Below, in pieces: positions 47,205-58,142 of a stretch of DNA of 64,000 nt. The first letter of the stretch is position 1. Each line of letters starts with the position of its first letter. The translations under genes were made by a program, and so were the position numbers. Source of the stretch: an uncultured Lachnospiraceae bacterium (GTDB taxonomy: Bacteria; Bacillota; Clostridia; Lachnospirales; Lachnospiraceae); assembly GCA_900539175.1 (NCBI GenBank), contig UQAW01000003.1, positions 16,341-80,340 of the forward strand, in the 5' to 3' direction. Under the pieces are notes generated by a model. It was not told the origin of the DNA. It made no database searches and was given only the letters and a program-made list of their open reading frames with translations.

Positions 47205-49367
47205 ATGAAGAAAAATCAAAGTATCATCACTCTGATTGTGACGTTGCTGGTGACCGTTCTTCTGGGATTTACGGTGGTTGCAGGCTGGGGGCCTACAGGA
47301 ACCGGTTCCATGAAGAATATTCGTACCGGGCTGGATCTGTCCGGAGGTGTCAGCATCACCTATCAGGCAAAGGAGAGTAATCCTTCATCAGAAGATATGC
47401 AGGATACGATCGGAAAACTTCAGAAACGTGTAGAACAGTACAGTACAGAGGCTCAGGTTTACCAGCAGGGAAGTAACCGGATCTGTATCGAGATTCCGGG
47501 AGCATCGGATGCCAACACAATTCTGCAGGAACTGGGCAAGCCAGGTTCACTGCTGTTTCAGGATCCGGACGGAAATACGGTTCTGGAGGGAACGGATATT
47601 GCCGATGCGCAGGGAGTAACGCAGTCAGATCAAACTACAAATCAGAGAGAATATGTTGTTGATCTGACGCTGAATGACAGCGGCAAGAGCAAATTTGCAG
47701 AGGCTACACAGGCGAATATCGGAAAAAGTATTTCCATCGTTTATGACGGAGAGGTGATCAGCGCACCTACTGTCCAGACGGCAATCACTGATGGGAAATG
47801 TCAGATTACCGGTATGGAGAGCATTGATGCAGCCAGAGAACTGGCTTCCACCATTCGTATCGGTGCATTGTCATTGGAACTGGAGGAGCTGTACTCCAAC
47901 GTTGTAGCTGCACAGCTTGGCCAAGAAGCGCTTAGTACCAGCGTTGTGGCAGGGTTGATCGGGATTATCCTGATCGTTATCTTCATGATCTGTGTTTACC
48001 GGATTCCTGGTATTGCGGCAGGATGGTCGCTGATTCTTTATACATTCCTGATGCTGGGGGCTTTGAATGCGTTTGATTTAACACTGACATTGCCGGGAAT
48101 CGCAGGTATCATCCTGTCGATTGGTATGGCAGTGGATGCAAATGTGATTATTTATGCCCGTATCCGTGAGGAAATTTCAGCCGGCAGAAGTGTACGAAAC
48201 GCTATTTTAGCCGGTTTTCAGAAAGCTTTTTCTGCAATTTTGGATGGCAACGTTACAACACTGATTGCAGCAGGAATTCTGTATTTCATGGGAACAGGAA
48301 CAATCCGCGGATTCTCTATCACACTTGCGCTTGGTATTGTGTTGTCTATGATTTCCGCACTGCTGATTTCCAGAATGCTGATCAGTGCTTTGTATGGTGT
48401 TGGGTTTAAGGATGAAAAATTCTTTGGGCGTCAGAAAGAACGCAAGATTGTAAATTTTGTTGGAAAGAGAAAAATCTTCTTTATACTTTCGGCAGTGTTG
48501 GTTCTGTCTGCACCGGCGGGAATGGGTGTGTTCCAGGCTAAGGATGGACACACGCTGAATTTCAGCCTTGAATTTATCGGAGGTACTTCCACAACAGTAA
48601 CTTTCCCGGAGGATATGAGTATCAGTCAGCTGGACAGCGATGTGCAGCCAGTGGTTCAGGAAGTAACCGGTGATGCCAATATTATGTTCCAGAAGGTTGT
48701 TGACAGTGAAGCCGTTATTATTAAGACACGTGAACTTACCGTAGAGGAGAGAGAGACGCTGAATCAGTCTCTTGCAGATAATTTCGGTGTGGATAAAGCA
48801 GCAATTACAGCAGAGAATATCTCTTCTACCATGAGTGATGAGATGAGATCGGATGCGATACTTGCGGTGATCGTGGCTGTTATCTTTATGTTGCTGTACA
48901 TCTGGTTCCGGTTCAAGGATATCCGGTTTGCTTCCAGTGCCGTACTTGCATTGGTACATGATATCGTCGTTGTAATTGCATTCTATGCATGGTTCCGGTT
49001 CTCAGCAGGTACCACATTTATTGCAGTGCTGCTTACTATTTTAGGTTATTCTATCAACGGAACAATTGTTATCTTTGACCGTATCCGTGAGAATCTGCCG
49101 ATTATGCGCAAAGATGATCTGGATGTGATTGTGAATACATCAATCACACAGACGTTGACAAGAACGCTGTACTCATCACTTACAACGTTTGCAACAATTT
49201 TTGTTTTATATCTGATGGGTGTTCCGGCAGTCAAGGAATTTGCTCTGCCTATCATCATCGGAGTTGTCTGCGGTACTTATACATCTGTATGTATCACGGG
49301 TCCGCTTTGGTATGTGTTCAAGACGAAACTGGGCAAAAAGGTTTCCGCTCCGGCGAAAAAGAAATAA
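47205..49367 (+). CDS. secDF: protein translocase subunit SecDF (fused)
   Basis: The SecD periplasmic domain, 12 TM helices and the SecF half are present in a 720-aa product. Confidence 0.9.
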   Translation: MKKNQSIITLIVTLLVTVLLGFTVVAGWGPTGTGSMKNIRTGLDLSGGVSITYQAKESNPSSEDMQDTIGKLQKRVEQYSTEAQVYQQGSNRICIEIPGASDANTILQELGKPGSLLFQDPDGNTVLEGTDIADAQGVTQSDQTTNQREYVVDLTLNDSGKSKFAEATQANIGKSISIVYDGEVISAPTVQTAITDGKCQITGMESIDAARELASTIRIGALSLELEELYSNVVAAQLGQEALSTSVVAGLIGIILIVIFMICVYRIPGIAAGWSLILYTFLMLGALNAFDLTLTLPGIAGIILSIGMAVDANVIIYARIREEISAGRSVRNAILAGFQKAFSAILDGNVTTLIAAGILYFMGTGTIRGFSITLALGIVLSMISALLISRMLISALYGVGFKDEKFFGRQKERKIVNFVGKRKIFFILSAVLVLSAPAGMGVFQAKDGHTLNFSLEFIGGTSTTVTFPEDMSISQLDSDVQPVVQEVTGDANIMFQKVVDSEAVIIKTRELTVEERETLNQSLADNFGVDKAAITAENISSTMSDEMRSDAILAVIVAVIFMLLYIWFRFKDIRFASSAVLALVHDIVVVIAFYAWFRFSAGTTFIAVLLTILGYSINGTIVIFDRIRENLPIMRKDDLDVIVNTSITQTLTRTLYSSLTTFATIFVLYLMGVPAVKEFALPIIIGVVCGTYTSVCITGPLWYVFKTKLGKKVSAPAKKK

Positions 49368-49418
49368 GAAAGACAGGGCTGCTGCAGATATTGCGGCGGC
49401 CCTTTTTGAGGTAATTAG

Positions 49419-51134
49419 ATGGAAAAATGGGTAGTAAAGGCAAAAAAAGCTGATTTTCAGAAAATCGGAGTGGATTTTCACATTGATCCAGTGATTGCAA
49501 GGCTGATACGAAACAGGGATGTTATCGGATATGATGCAATGGAAGAATACCTTCATGGCGATTTGAAAAATCTTGCAGATGTCTGGCAGCTGAAGGATAT
49601 AGAAAAGGCTGTGGAGCTGCTGAATACAGGTATTCGTGAAAAAAAGAAGATTCGGATTATCGGTGATTATGATATCGATGGGATTATGGCAACATATGTC
49701 CTTTTGCGGGGTCTGGAACGGGTAGGGGCCAATGTAGATACACAGATTCCCAACAGAATTACAGATGGATATGGCTTGAATGAATCCCTGGTTCGTGAAG
49801 CGGCCCGGGAGGGTGCTGAGATGATTCTTACCTGCGACAACGGAATCGCTGCCTCAGAGCAGATCAGAATTGCCAGGGAATTGGGACTGCAGGTAATTGT
49901 AACAGATCATCACGAGGTACCATATGAAGAAGGAGAGGATGGAGCACGTAAGTTTATTCTGCCTCCCGCAGATGCAGTTATTAATCCCAAGCAGGCTGAT
50001 TGCGGGTATCCGTTTAAAGGACTCTGCGGAGCTGCAGTGGCATGGAAAGTAATCTGTGCCTTGTATGAACAAATGGGGATCCCAAAGTCTGAGACAGAAG
50101 AATTTTTAGAATATGTGGCCATTGCCACAGTAGGAGATGTAATGGAACTTCAGGGGGAAAACCGTATTCTGGTAAAGGAAGGGCTGAGACGTCTGCATAC
50201 TACAGAGAACCAGGGACTTCTGGAATTGATGCGGGCCAATAATCTGGAACCGGAGCAGATAAATACTTACCATATCGGTTTTATACTTGGACCATGTCTG
50301 AATGCCAGCGGACGTCTGGATACAGCAAAGCGTGCGCTCGAAATGCTTTGTGCCAAACAGCCGGAGGAAGCTGCCCGGTTGGCGGGGGATCTGAAAGCCC
50401 TGAATGACAGCCGCAAAGAGATGACGGTAAATGGAACAGAAGAGGCAATACGTCTTGTGGAAGAATCTGATCTGAAGAAGGATCGTGTTCTGGTTGTATA
50501 TCTTCCAGAGTGTCATGAAAGTCTGGCAGGTATCATTGCGGGAAGACTAAAAGAACATTATCATAGACCTGCGTTTGTATTGACAAAAACGGAGGAAGGG
50601 ATAAAAGGGAGCGGTCGTTCGATTGAAGCTTATTCAATGTATGAAGAACTTTGCAAATGCAGGGAAGTGTTGACAAAATTCGGCGGACACCCGATGGCAG
50701 CAGGGATATCTCTGAAAGAAGAAAATATTCAGATACTACATAAGAAATTAAATGAAAATTGTACGTTGACGGAGGAGGATCTTGCGGAAAAAGTGGTAAT
50801 TGACATGATGATGCCTATTGCTTATATCAGCAGAAGACTAATTCAGCAAATAGATCTTCTTGAACCCTTTGGGGCTGGGAACAAAAAACCTCTTTTTGTG
50901 CAGAAAAATTTGAATGTCAGTCGTGTCAGAATTCTGGGCAAAAACCGGAATGTGGCAAAAACTCAGGTGGTTGATGAGCATGGTTATGCTATGGATGCGT
51001 TGTATTTCGGAGATGTGGAAAAGTTTCAGGAATATGCGGCAGGACATCGCCGAATGATGCTTACTTATTATCCCACAATTAATTCTTATATGGGGCGTGA
51101 GACACTTCAGATCACAATACAAAATTACCGATAA
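49419..51134 (+). CDS. recJ: single-stranded-DNA-specific exonuclease RecJ
   Basis: DHH motifs (IGDYDIDG, DHH) and a DHHA1 domain are present. Confidence 0.88.
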   Translation: MEKWVVKAKKADFQKIGVDFHIDPVIARLIRNRDVIGYDAMEEYLHGDLKNLADVWQLKDIEKAVELLNTGIREKKKIRIIGDYDIDGIMATYVLLRGLERVGANVDTQIPNRITDGYGLNESLVREAAREGAEMILTCDNGIAASEQIRIARELGLQVIVTDHHEVPYEEGEDGARKFILPPADAVINPKQADCGYPFKGLCGAAVAWKVICALYEQMGIPKSETEEFLEYVAIATVGDVMELQGENRILVKEGLRRLHTTENQGLLELMRANNLEPEQINTYHIGFILGPCLNASGRLDTAKRALEMLCAKQPEEAARLAGDLKALNDSRKEMTVNGTEEAIRLVEESDLKKDRVLVVYLPECHESLAGIIAGRLKEHYHRPAFVLTKTEEGIKGSGRSIEAYSMYEELCKCREVLTKFGGHPMAAGISLKEENIQILHKKLNENCTLTEEDLAEKVVIDMMMPIAYISRRLIQQIDLLEPFGAGNKKPLFVQKNLNVSRVRILGKNRNVAKTQVVDEHGYAMDALYFGDVEKFQEYAAGHRRMMLTYYPTINSYMGRETLQITIQNYR

Positions 51135-51144
51135 CAGGAAAAAA

Positions 51145-51173
51145 GTTGATTCCATCAGAAAAGAATGCTATAA
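51145..51173 (+). promoter_or_regulatory. candidate promoter TTGATT-17-TATAAT upstream of apt
   Basis: The motif was read from the sequence. Confidence 0.4.
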
Positions 51174-51226
51174 TTTGTATTGTGATGTCAAAAATAACAT
51201 TTTAACGAATAAAAGGGGTGCCTGAT

Positions 51227-51751
51227 ATGAAAAAGTTAGAAGATTATGTAGTAAGTATTCCGGATTTCCCGGAGGCCGGTGTTGTTTTTCGGGATGTGAC
51301 CAGTATTCTTCAGGATGCTGACGGATTGCAGCTTGCGATTGATTCGCTGCAGAGACTGCTTGAGGGAGTTGAGTTTGATGTGCTTGCAGGAACTGAATCC
51401 CGTGGTTTTATTTTCGGCGTTCCGGTTGCTTATAATATGCATAAGCCTTTCGTACCAATTCGTAAAAAGGGCAAGCTTCCCCGGGAGACAATAGAATGCA
51501 GTTATGAACTTGAATATGGAAGTGCCACGATAGAGATGCACAAAGATGCCATCAAACCGGGACAGAAAGTAGTCCTGGTGGATGATCTGATTGCAACCGG
51601 AGGTACCATCGAAGCGTGTGCAAAGATGATGGAGGCTCAGGGTGCAGAAGTAGTCAAGATTATATTTCTGATGGAGCTGGCAGGTCTGAAGGGCAGGGAA
51701 AAACTCCAGAAATATGATGTTGCTTCTGTAATTTGTTATGAAGGAAAGTAA
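51227..51751 (+). CDS. apt: adenine phosphoribosyltransferase
   Basis: The PRPP-binding motif VVLVDDLIATGGT is present. The product is 174 aa. An AAAAGGGG ribosome-binding site precedes it. Confidence 0.9.
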   Translation: MKKLEDYVVSIPDFPEAGVVFRDVTSILQDADGLQLAIDSLQRLLEGVEFDVLAGTESRGFIFGVPVAYNMHKPFVPIRKKGKLPRETIECSYELEYGSATIEMHKDAIKPGQKVVLVDDLIATGGTIEACAKMMEAQGAEVVKIIFLMELAGLKGREKLQKYDVASVICYEGK

Positions 51752-51801
51752 AATACGAGTTACCATTCACTGAATTAATTTTGGCATAAGTGAGGAAATG
51801 T

Positions 51802-54108
51802 ATGGACGCTGATACAAAGATTCTGGAAAAGGAAAAACTAAAGCAGGAGATTGAAGCCGTGGATGCCGGCGTGAAATCCATGAAGGATTTTACCAGTCCT
51901 GATGTGCTGTATCAGGAGTTAATTGCCAGTGTGAAAAGGTATCATCCATCGGCAGATATTTCGCTGATTGACAAAGCATACCGGACAGCCTATGAAGCAC
52001 ATAAATCACAAAAACGCAAATCAGGGGAACCTTATATCATTCATCCGTTGTGCGTCGGAATCATTCTGGCAGATCTGGAACTGGATAAAGAGACCATCGC
52101 CGCAGGACTTCTGCATGATGTGGTGGAAGACACCATTATGACAGTGGAAGAACTGAAGGTGGAATACGGAGAAGAAGTTGCTTTGATCGTGGATGGAGTC
52201 ACGAAGCTGGGACGTCTGAGCTATTCGGTTGATAAGGTGGAAGAACAGGCCGAGAATCTGCGTAAGATGTTCCTGGCGATGGCAAAGGATATCCGGGTGA
52301 TTCTGGTGAAACTGGCTGACCGTCTTCATAATATGAGGACGGCAAAATACTGGTCTCCACCCAAGCAGAAAGAAAAGGCAAGAGAGACGATGGATATTTA
52401 TGCTCCCATTGCCCAGCGTCTTGGTATTTCCAAAATTAAAGTGGAACTGGATGATCTTTCTCTGAAATATCTGGAGTCGGACGCTTATTATGACCTGGTA
52501 GAACAGGTGAATATGAAAAAAAGTGAACGGCAGGACTTTGTGGATGCGATTGTAGAGGAAGTGAAGCATCATATCGACGAGTCGGGAATTGAAGGGCAGG
52601 TTTCCGGACGGATCAAGCATTTCTTCAGTATTTATAAAAAGATGGTCAATCAGCATAAAACATTGGAACAGATTTATGACTTATTTGCTGTGCGGATTAT
52701 TGTGGAAAGTGTGAAGGATTGTTATGCGGCACTTGGAGTTATTCATGAAATGTATACTCCGATCCCCGGAAGGTTTAAGGATTATATCGCGATGCCGAAG
52801 CCAAATATGTATCAGTCTTTGCATACGACGCTGATTGGACCCAACGGGCAGCCTTTTGAGATACAGATCCGTACTTTTGAGATGCACCGTACTGCAGAAT
52901 ACGGGATTGCCGCCCATTGGAAATATAAGGAGGCATCGGACGGAAAGACATCCGGTCCGGAGCAGGAAGAAGAGAAATTAAGCTGGCTGCGCCAGATTCT
53001 GGAGTGGCAGCAGGATATGTCAGATAATAAAGAGTTCATGAGCCTGTTGAAAAGTGATCTGGATCTTTTTGCTGATAATGTTTATTGTTTCAGCCCGGCA
53101 GGGGATGTAAAGACACTGCCGAGCGGTTCCTGTACCATTGATTTTGCATATATGATACATTCGGCTGTCGGCAATAGGATGGTGGGGGCGCGTGTAAACG
53201 GGAAAATGGTTCCGATTGAATATCAGCTCCGCAACGGTGATCGTGTAGAGATTCTCGTTTCCCAGAACTCCAGAGGTCCCAGCCGCGACTGGCTGAAAAT
53301 TGTAAAAAGTTCACAGGCAAAGAACCGGATTAACCAGTGGTTTAAGGCACAGCTCAAAGAGGATAATATCTTAAAGGGCAAGGAGATGCTGACGAATTAT
53401 GCGAAGCTGAAAGGAAAGACGCTTGGGATTTATCTGAAACCCCGGTTTATGGAAACAGTTATGCATAAGTATGGTTTCCGTGACTGGGATTCGGTATTAG
53501 CAGCTTTGGGGCACGGAGGCCTGAAAGAGGGACAGATTTTAAATAAGCTGATGGAGGCTTATGAGAAGGAGCATAAGGCGCAGATTACCGATCTGGAGGT
53601 GCTTCAGTCTGTTGCCGTAGAGGGAAAGACAGAAATACCGGTAACAAAATCCAAAGGGGGGATTGTTGTACGCGGCATTCATGATGTGGCAGTCCGCTTT
53701 TCCAAATGCTGTTCTCCGATTCCGGGAGATGAAATTGTGGGCTTTGTTACCAGAGGGCGTGGAATTACGATCCATAGGACAGATTGTATCAATGTGATGA
53801 ATCTTCCGGAACAGGAGCGCGCCCGTCTGATTGATGCGGAATGGGAACCGGACAGCCTTCATGGAAAGACGTATACGGTAGAAATTAATGTCTATGCCAA
53901 TAACCGTACGGGATTGTTGGTTGATCTTTCTAAATTGTTTGCAGAACGCAAGATTGATATCAGCGCAATGAATATCCGTACCAGTAAACAAGGGACGGCT
54001 ACGGTTGATATGGCATTTGATGTGAAGAGTAAGGAAGAATTAAACAGCCTGATCGAGAAGATACGTCAGGTGGAGAGTGTGATTGATATAGAACGTTCGA
54101 GAGGATAG
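51802..54108 (+). CDS. relA: bifunctional (p)ppGpp synthetase/hydrolase Rel
   Basis: The HD hydrolase domain (HPLCVGIILADLELD...HDVVEDT) is followed by the synthetase, TGS and ACT domains. Confidence 0.92.
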   Translation: MDADTKILEKEKLKQEIEAVDAGVKSMKDFTSPDVLYQELIASVKRYHPSADISLIDKAYRTAYEAHKSQKRKSGEPYIIHPLCVGIILADLELDKETIAAGLLHDVVEDTIMTVEELKVEYGEEVALIVDGVTKLGRLSYSVDKVEEQAENLRKMFLAMAKDIRVILVKLADRLHNMRTAKYWSPPKQKEKARETMDIYAPIAQRLGISKIKVELDDLSLKYLESDAYYDLVEQVNMKKSERQDFVDAIVEEVKHHIDESGIEGQVSGRIKHFFSIYKKMVNQHKTLEQIYDLFAVRIIVESVKDCYAALGVIHEMYTPIPGRFKDYIAMPKPNMYQSLHTTLIGPNGQPFEIQIRTFEMHRTAEYGIAAHWKYKEASDGKTSGPEQEEEKLSWLRQILEWQQDMSDNKEFMSLLKSDLDLFADNVYCFSPAGDVKTLPSGSCTIDFAYMIHSAVGNRMVGARVNGKMVPIEYQLRNGDRVEILVSQNSRGPSRDWLKIVKSSQAKNRINQWFKAQLKEDNILKGKEMLTNYAKLKGKTLGIYLKPRFMETVMHKYGFRDWDSVLAALGHGGLKEGQILNKLMEAYEKEHKAQITDLEVLQSVAVEGKTEIPVTKSKGGIVVRGIHDVAVRFSKCCSPIPGDEIVGFVTRGRGITIHRTDCINVMNLPEQERARLIDAEWEPDSLHGKTYTVEINVYANNRTGLLVDLSKLFAERKIDISAMNIRTSKQGTATVDMAFDVKSKEELNSLIEKIRQVESVIDIERSRG

Positions 54109-54112
54109 TAGA

Positions 54113-54742
54113 ATGGCTAAGATTGAGATTCGTAATCTTGTTTTGGGAATGGTGGCAACAAACACTTATTTCGTGATGAATCAGCAGACGAAGGAGATGC
54201 TGCTGATTGATCCGGCGGATGAACCGGAGACGATGGAACAGCAGGTGCTCAGGATGGAGGGAGAACCGAAGGCGGTGTTGTTGACACACGGGCATTTTGA
54301 CCATATGATGGCTGCATCTGCTTGTGCCGCGAAGTATGGAATTTCGGTTTATGCCCATGAATTGGAGGAAGAAGTGCTGGAGAATGCGCAGTATAATCTG
54401 TCTGGCCGATGGATGCATGCATATACGATGAAGGCCGATCGGCTGGTAAAGGACGGCGATATCCTGAACCTTGCAGGTTTCAGGATCTGTGTGTATCATA
54501 CACCGGGGCATACCCAGGGAAGTGTCTGTTACTATCTGCCGGAAGAAGCCGTATTATTTTCCGGAGATACGATATTTGCCCAGTCTTATGGCAGGACGGA
54601 TTTTCCAACGTCCAGTATGAAAGATATGCAAAAAAGCGTGGCAAAGATTCTCCTGAAATTGCCGGATAATACGGACATTTATCCGGGACATAATGAAGCC
54701 ACAACCATTGCCATAGAAAAGAGGTACAATCCCCTTGCTTAG
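54113..54742 (+). CDS. MBL-fold metallo-hydrolase (hydroxyacylglutathione hydrolase-like)
   Basis: The THGHFDH motif is present. The product is 209 aa. Confidence 0.7.
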   Translation: MAKIEIRNLVLGMVATNTYFVMNQQTKEMLLIDPADEPETMEQQVLRMEGEPKAVLLTHGHFDHMMAASACAAKYGISVYAHELEEEVLENAQYNLSGRWMHAYTMKADRLVKDGDILNLAGFRICVYHTPGHTQGSVCYYLPEEAVLFSGDTIFAQSYGRTDFPTSSMKDMQKSVAKILLKLPDNTDIYPGHNEATTIAIEKRYNPLA

Positions 54743-56204
54743 CATGAGTCTGAAGTTTAATAAAAAAGATTTTGAATATGATATCTATTCTCTGATCCGG
54801 GCATTTTACCCGGGCAGTGAAATTAAAATCTGGTATGATGGGGAAGAACCTCCGCAAGGAGAATATGTATACACCTATGAGATGGAATACAGACCGGATT
54901 CTGTGATGTTTGCAGTCGGTAAGGAGGGCAGTCTGATTGGCAGTGAAACCATTGTTCTTTCGGAAGGTGCACAGAGGACAGACCGGAAAAATCAGATAAA
55001 GAATCTGGTGTACCGTACTCTTGTGGACATTACGGGGACAGAGCTTCCATGGGGGAATCTGACAGGAATCCGTCCAACCAAGATTCCCATGCGTTTGCTG
55101 GAAGAAGGCAAATCGAATGTGGAGATTGCCAGGTTTATGCGTGAGACATACGGAACCAGTAAAGAAAAGACTGCACTTGCGATTGCCACTGCCAACAGAG
55201 AACGTGCAATTTTAAAAGAGATTGATTATGAACAAGGGTACAGCCTGTATGTAGGGATTCCATTTTGCCCCTCCATCTGTCTGTACTGTTCTTTTGGCTC
55301 CCATGTGCTGAAAACCTGGTCTCATATGGTAGAGCCGTATCTGAAAGCGTTGTTTCAGGAATTATCCTTTATCAGCGAACAGATGCGAGGAAAAACCCTG
55401 GATACGATCTATATTGGCGGCGGAACCCCTACGACACTGGAAGCAGATCAGCTGCGCAGACTTCTGGTGCATATCCAAAGGGAGTTTCCGATGGAAGAAT
55501 TAAAGGAATTTACGGTGGAGGCAGGAAGACCGGATACCATAACACGGGAGAAGCTGGCTGTTCTGAAGGAATTTCCAGTGAGCCGTATCTCCATCAATCC
55601 TCAGACGATGAATCAGGAAACACTGGATCTGATCGGCAGGAAACACACGGTAGAGGATATCAGAGAAAAGTTCTGGACTGCCCGTGAACTTGGGTTCGAT
55701 AATATAAATATGGATTTGATTGTAGGGCTGCCCGGGGAGCACAAGGAGCAGGTAGCTCATACATTAGAAGAAATGAAAAAGTTGGATCCTGACAGTCTGA
55801 CCGTTCATTCGCTTGCTTTGAAGCGGGCAACCCGATTGAATCTCTTTAAGGATCAGTATGAAGAGATTTCCTTTGAAAACAGCAGGGAGATTATGCAGAT
55901 GACGGAATCTTGTGCCCGGGAGATGGGAATGGGTCCGTATTATCTGTACAGACAAAAGAATATTGCTGGCAATTTTGAGAATGTGGGTTATGCAAAGCTT
56001 GACAAAGCCGGAATATACAATATACTGATAATGGAAGAGAAACAGACGATTATAGCGGCGGGAGCAGGGGCTTCCACGAAGTTTGTCTTTCAGCATGGAG
56101 AGCGGATTGAACGGGTAGAGAATGTGAAGGACCTGAAAAATTATGTGGAGAGAATCGATGAAATGCTGGAACGAAAACGTGACGGAATCAAAAAATATTT
56201 ATGA
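54735..56204 (+). CDS. HemN/HemZ-like oxygen-independent coproporphyrinogen oxidase-family radical SAM protein
   Basis: The radical SAM motif CPSICLYC lies within a HemN-like domain. The N-terminal extension is typical of HemZ. Confidence 0.7.
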   Translation: MLSMSLKFNKKDFEYDIYSLIRAFYPGSEIKIWYDGEEPPQGEYVYTYEMEYRPDSVMFAVGKEGSLIGSETIVLSEGAQRTDRKNQIKNLVYRTLVDITGTELPWGNLTGIRPTKIPMRLLEEGKSNVEIARFMRETYGTSKEKTALAIATANRERAILKEIDYEQGYSLYVGIPFCPSICLYCSFGSHVLKTWSHMVEPYLKALFQELSFISEQMRGKTLDTIYIGGGTPTTLEADQLRRLLVHIQREFPMEELKEFTVEAGRPDTITREKLAVLKEFPVSRISINPQTMNQETLDLIGRKHTVEDIREKFWTARELGFDNINMDLIVGLPGEHKEQVAHTLEEMKKLDPDSLTVHSLALKRATRLNLFKDQYEEISFENSREIMQMTESCAREMGMGPYYLYRQKNIAGNFENVGYAKLDKAGIYNILIMEEKQTIIAAGAGASTKFVFQHGERIERVENVKDLKNYVERIDEMLERKRDGIKKYL

Positions 56205-56223
56205 TGCTGGAAACCGTAAGCAT

Positions 56224-56799
56224 ATGCTTCAGTATACGTTGTCTGAGCAGATCAGCCATGGAATGGATGTCAGTAATCTGGCATATGATGTGGCGCGTGA
56301 ATTGGGGCTGGAGGAGGCAGTTTGCCATGAACTTGCAATTGCAGGAATTCTCCATGATGTGGGAAAGATTATTCTGATGGAAGAAGTTGATGAACAGGAA
56401 AATCCGTTGGTTGTAGAGGAAATCAGATTCGTCCGCATGCATGCCGCACAGAGTTACGAGGTTGCAAAAGCTCACGGTTATTCGGATTTTATCCAGGAAA
56501 GTATCTTGTACCATCACGAGAATTTTGACGGAAGCGGTTATCCTTATAATCTGTCCGGGTACAAGATTCCCTTTGGCGCCAGGATCTTAAGAGTATGTGA
56601 TGTTTACTGTGCATTGACTTCTGACCGGCCTTACCGTAAAGCATTTGACAGAGATGTGGCGGTGGAGTTGATGATTGATGATATTAAAGATTTTGATGTT
56701 GGAGTATTTCTGGCTTTCCAGAAAGTGCTGCATGAAAAAGAGCGGACGTCCGCCAGGATCGGCGAACTGACTGTGAATGAGAGAGGAGAGATAGAATAA
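56224..56799 (+). CDS. HD-GYP-type HD domain phosphohydrolase
   Basis: ILHDVGK ... HHENFDGSGYP are the HD and GYP motifs. The start is uncertain, and 56143 is an alternative. The gene abuts hisS with no gap. Confidence 0.6.
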   Translation: MLQYTLSEQISHGMDVSNLAYDVARELGLEEAVCHELAIAGILHDVGKIILMEEVDEQENPLVVEEIRFVRMHAAQSYEVAKAHGYSDFIQESILYHHENFDGSGYPYNLSGYKIPFGARILRVCDVYCALTSDRPYRKAFDRDVAVELMIDDIKDFDVGVFLAFQKVLHEKERTSARIGELTVNERGEIE

Positions 56800-58056
56800 A
56801 TGGCTTTAAAGAAAAAACCTGTAACGGGTATGAAAGATATTCTGCCGGCTGAGATGGCAATCCGGGATTATGTGATCCGTCTGATTAAAGAAACTTATGG
56901 TACTTTTGGATTTTCTTCCATGGAGACTCCTTGTGTGGAACACATTGAAAACCTGAGCAGCAAGCAGGGAGGGGAAAATGAAAAGCTGATTTTCAAAATT
57001 TTAAAACGTGGTGAAAAGCTGAAATTAGAGGAAGCTTCCTGTGAGGCTGACCTGGTGGACAGCGGTCTGCGCTACGATTTGACGGTCCCGCTCTGCAGAT
57101 ATTATTCCAATCATGCCAATGAATTACCGGGTCCGTTCAAAGCACTTCAGATGGGAAATGTGTGGAGAGCAGACCGTCCCCAGAGAGGGCGCTTCCGTCA
57201 GTTTATGCAGTGCGATATTGATATTTTAGGAGAACCGACGAACCTTGCTGAAATTGAGTTGATTCTGGCAACGACTACGCTGCTGGGAAAACTGGATTTT
57301 AAGAATTTTACGATTCGTATCAATGACCGCCGGATTCTGAAAGCTATGGCTGCTTACAGCGGATTTCCGGAAGCGTCTTATGACACGGTATTCATCATTC
57401 TGGACAAGATGGATAAGATTGGTCTGCATGGTGTTGCCGAAGAGTTGGAAAAAGAAGGATTTGCAAAAGAATCCATTGATAAATATCTGGAACTTTTCAA
57501 AGAAGTGACGCCGGATATCAGGGGTGTAGCATTTGTGCAGGAAAAATTGGGCGAGTATCTGGATGCTGCTTACGCGGAAGGGCTTCGCACGATCATGGAA
57601 AGTGTGGATGCAGTGAAGAGTGCCGATTTTAAAATTGCTTTTGATCCTACGTTGGTACGCGGAATGTCTTACTATACCGGACCGATTTTTGAAATCTCCA
57701 TGGATGAATTTGGCGGTTCTGTAGGCGGAGGCGGCCGTTATGATGAAATGATCGGAAAATTTACAGGAAGTCAGGTTCCTGCCTGCGGTTTTTCGATTGG
57801 TTTTGAGCGTATTGTAATGCTTTTGTTGGAACGGAATTATCAGATTCCAGGTGCAGCATTAAAGAAGGCATATCTGGTGGAAAAGAATATGCCGTCCGAT
57901 AAGATGCGGCGTATTATCACGCAGGCATGTGAGGAACGAAAGAACGGCATTCAGGTGAATATTGCGGTCATGAAGAAGAATAAGAAATTCCAGAAAGAAC
58001 AGCTTCAATCCGAAGGATATGAAGAGATCGTGGAGTTTTTCGCTGATCGTATGTAA
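56800..58056 (+). CDS. hisS: histidine--tRNA ligase
   Basis: The class II aaRS motifs and the HisRS N-terminus MKDILPAEMAIRDYV are present. Confidence 0.92.
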   Translation: MALKKKPVTGMKDILPAEMAIRDYVIRLIKETYGTFGFSSMETPCVEHIENLSSKQGGENEKLIFKILKRGEKLKLEEASCEADLVDSGLRYDLTVPLCRYYSNHANELPGPFKALQMGNVWRADRPQRGRFRQFMQCDIDILGEPTNLAEIELILATTTLLGKLDFKNFTIRINDRRILKAMAAYSGFPEASYDTVFIILDKMDKIGLHGVAEELEKEGFAKESIDKYLELFKEVTPDIRGVAFVQEKLGEYLDAAYAEGLRTIMESVDAVKSADFKIAFDPTLVRGMSYYTGPIFEISMDEFGGSVGGGGRYDEMIGKFTGSQVPACGFSIGFERIVMLLLERNYQIPGAALKKAYLVEKNMPSDKMRRIITQACEERKNGIQVNIAVMKKNKKFQKEQLQSEGYEEIVEFFADRM

Positions 58057-58142
58057 AAACAGGAAGCGTTAAATACTTCAAAGGATAGAATCTGTAAGAG
58101 TACAGATAAAAATGATTGACGGAAGTTTGGAGGAAAAAAAGA

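Noticed and set aside
56800-56830. T-box leader expected upstream of hisS-aspS, as in Bacillus
   Set aside because: hisS begins immediately at the stop of the HD-domain gene. There is no leader, so no T-box is present here.
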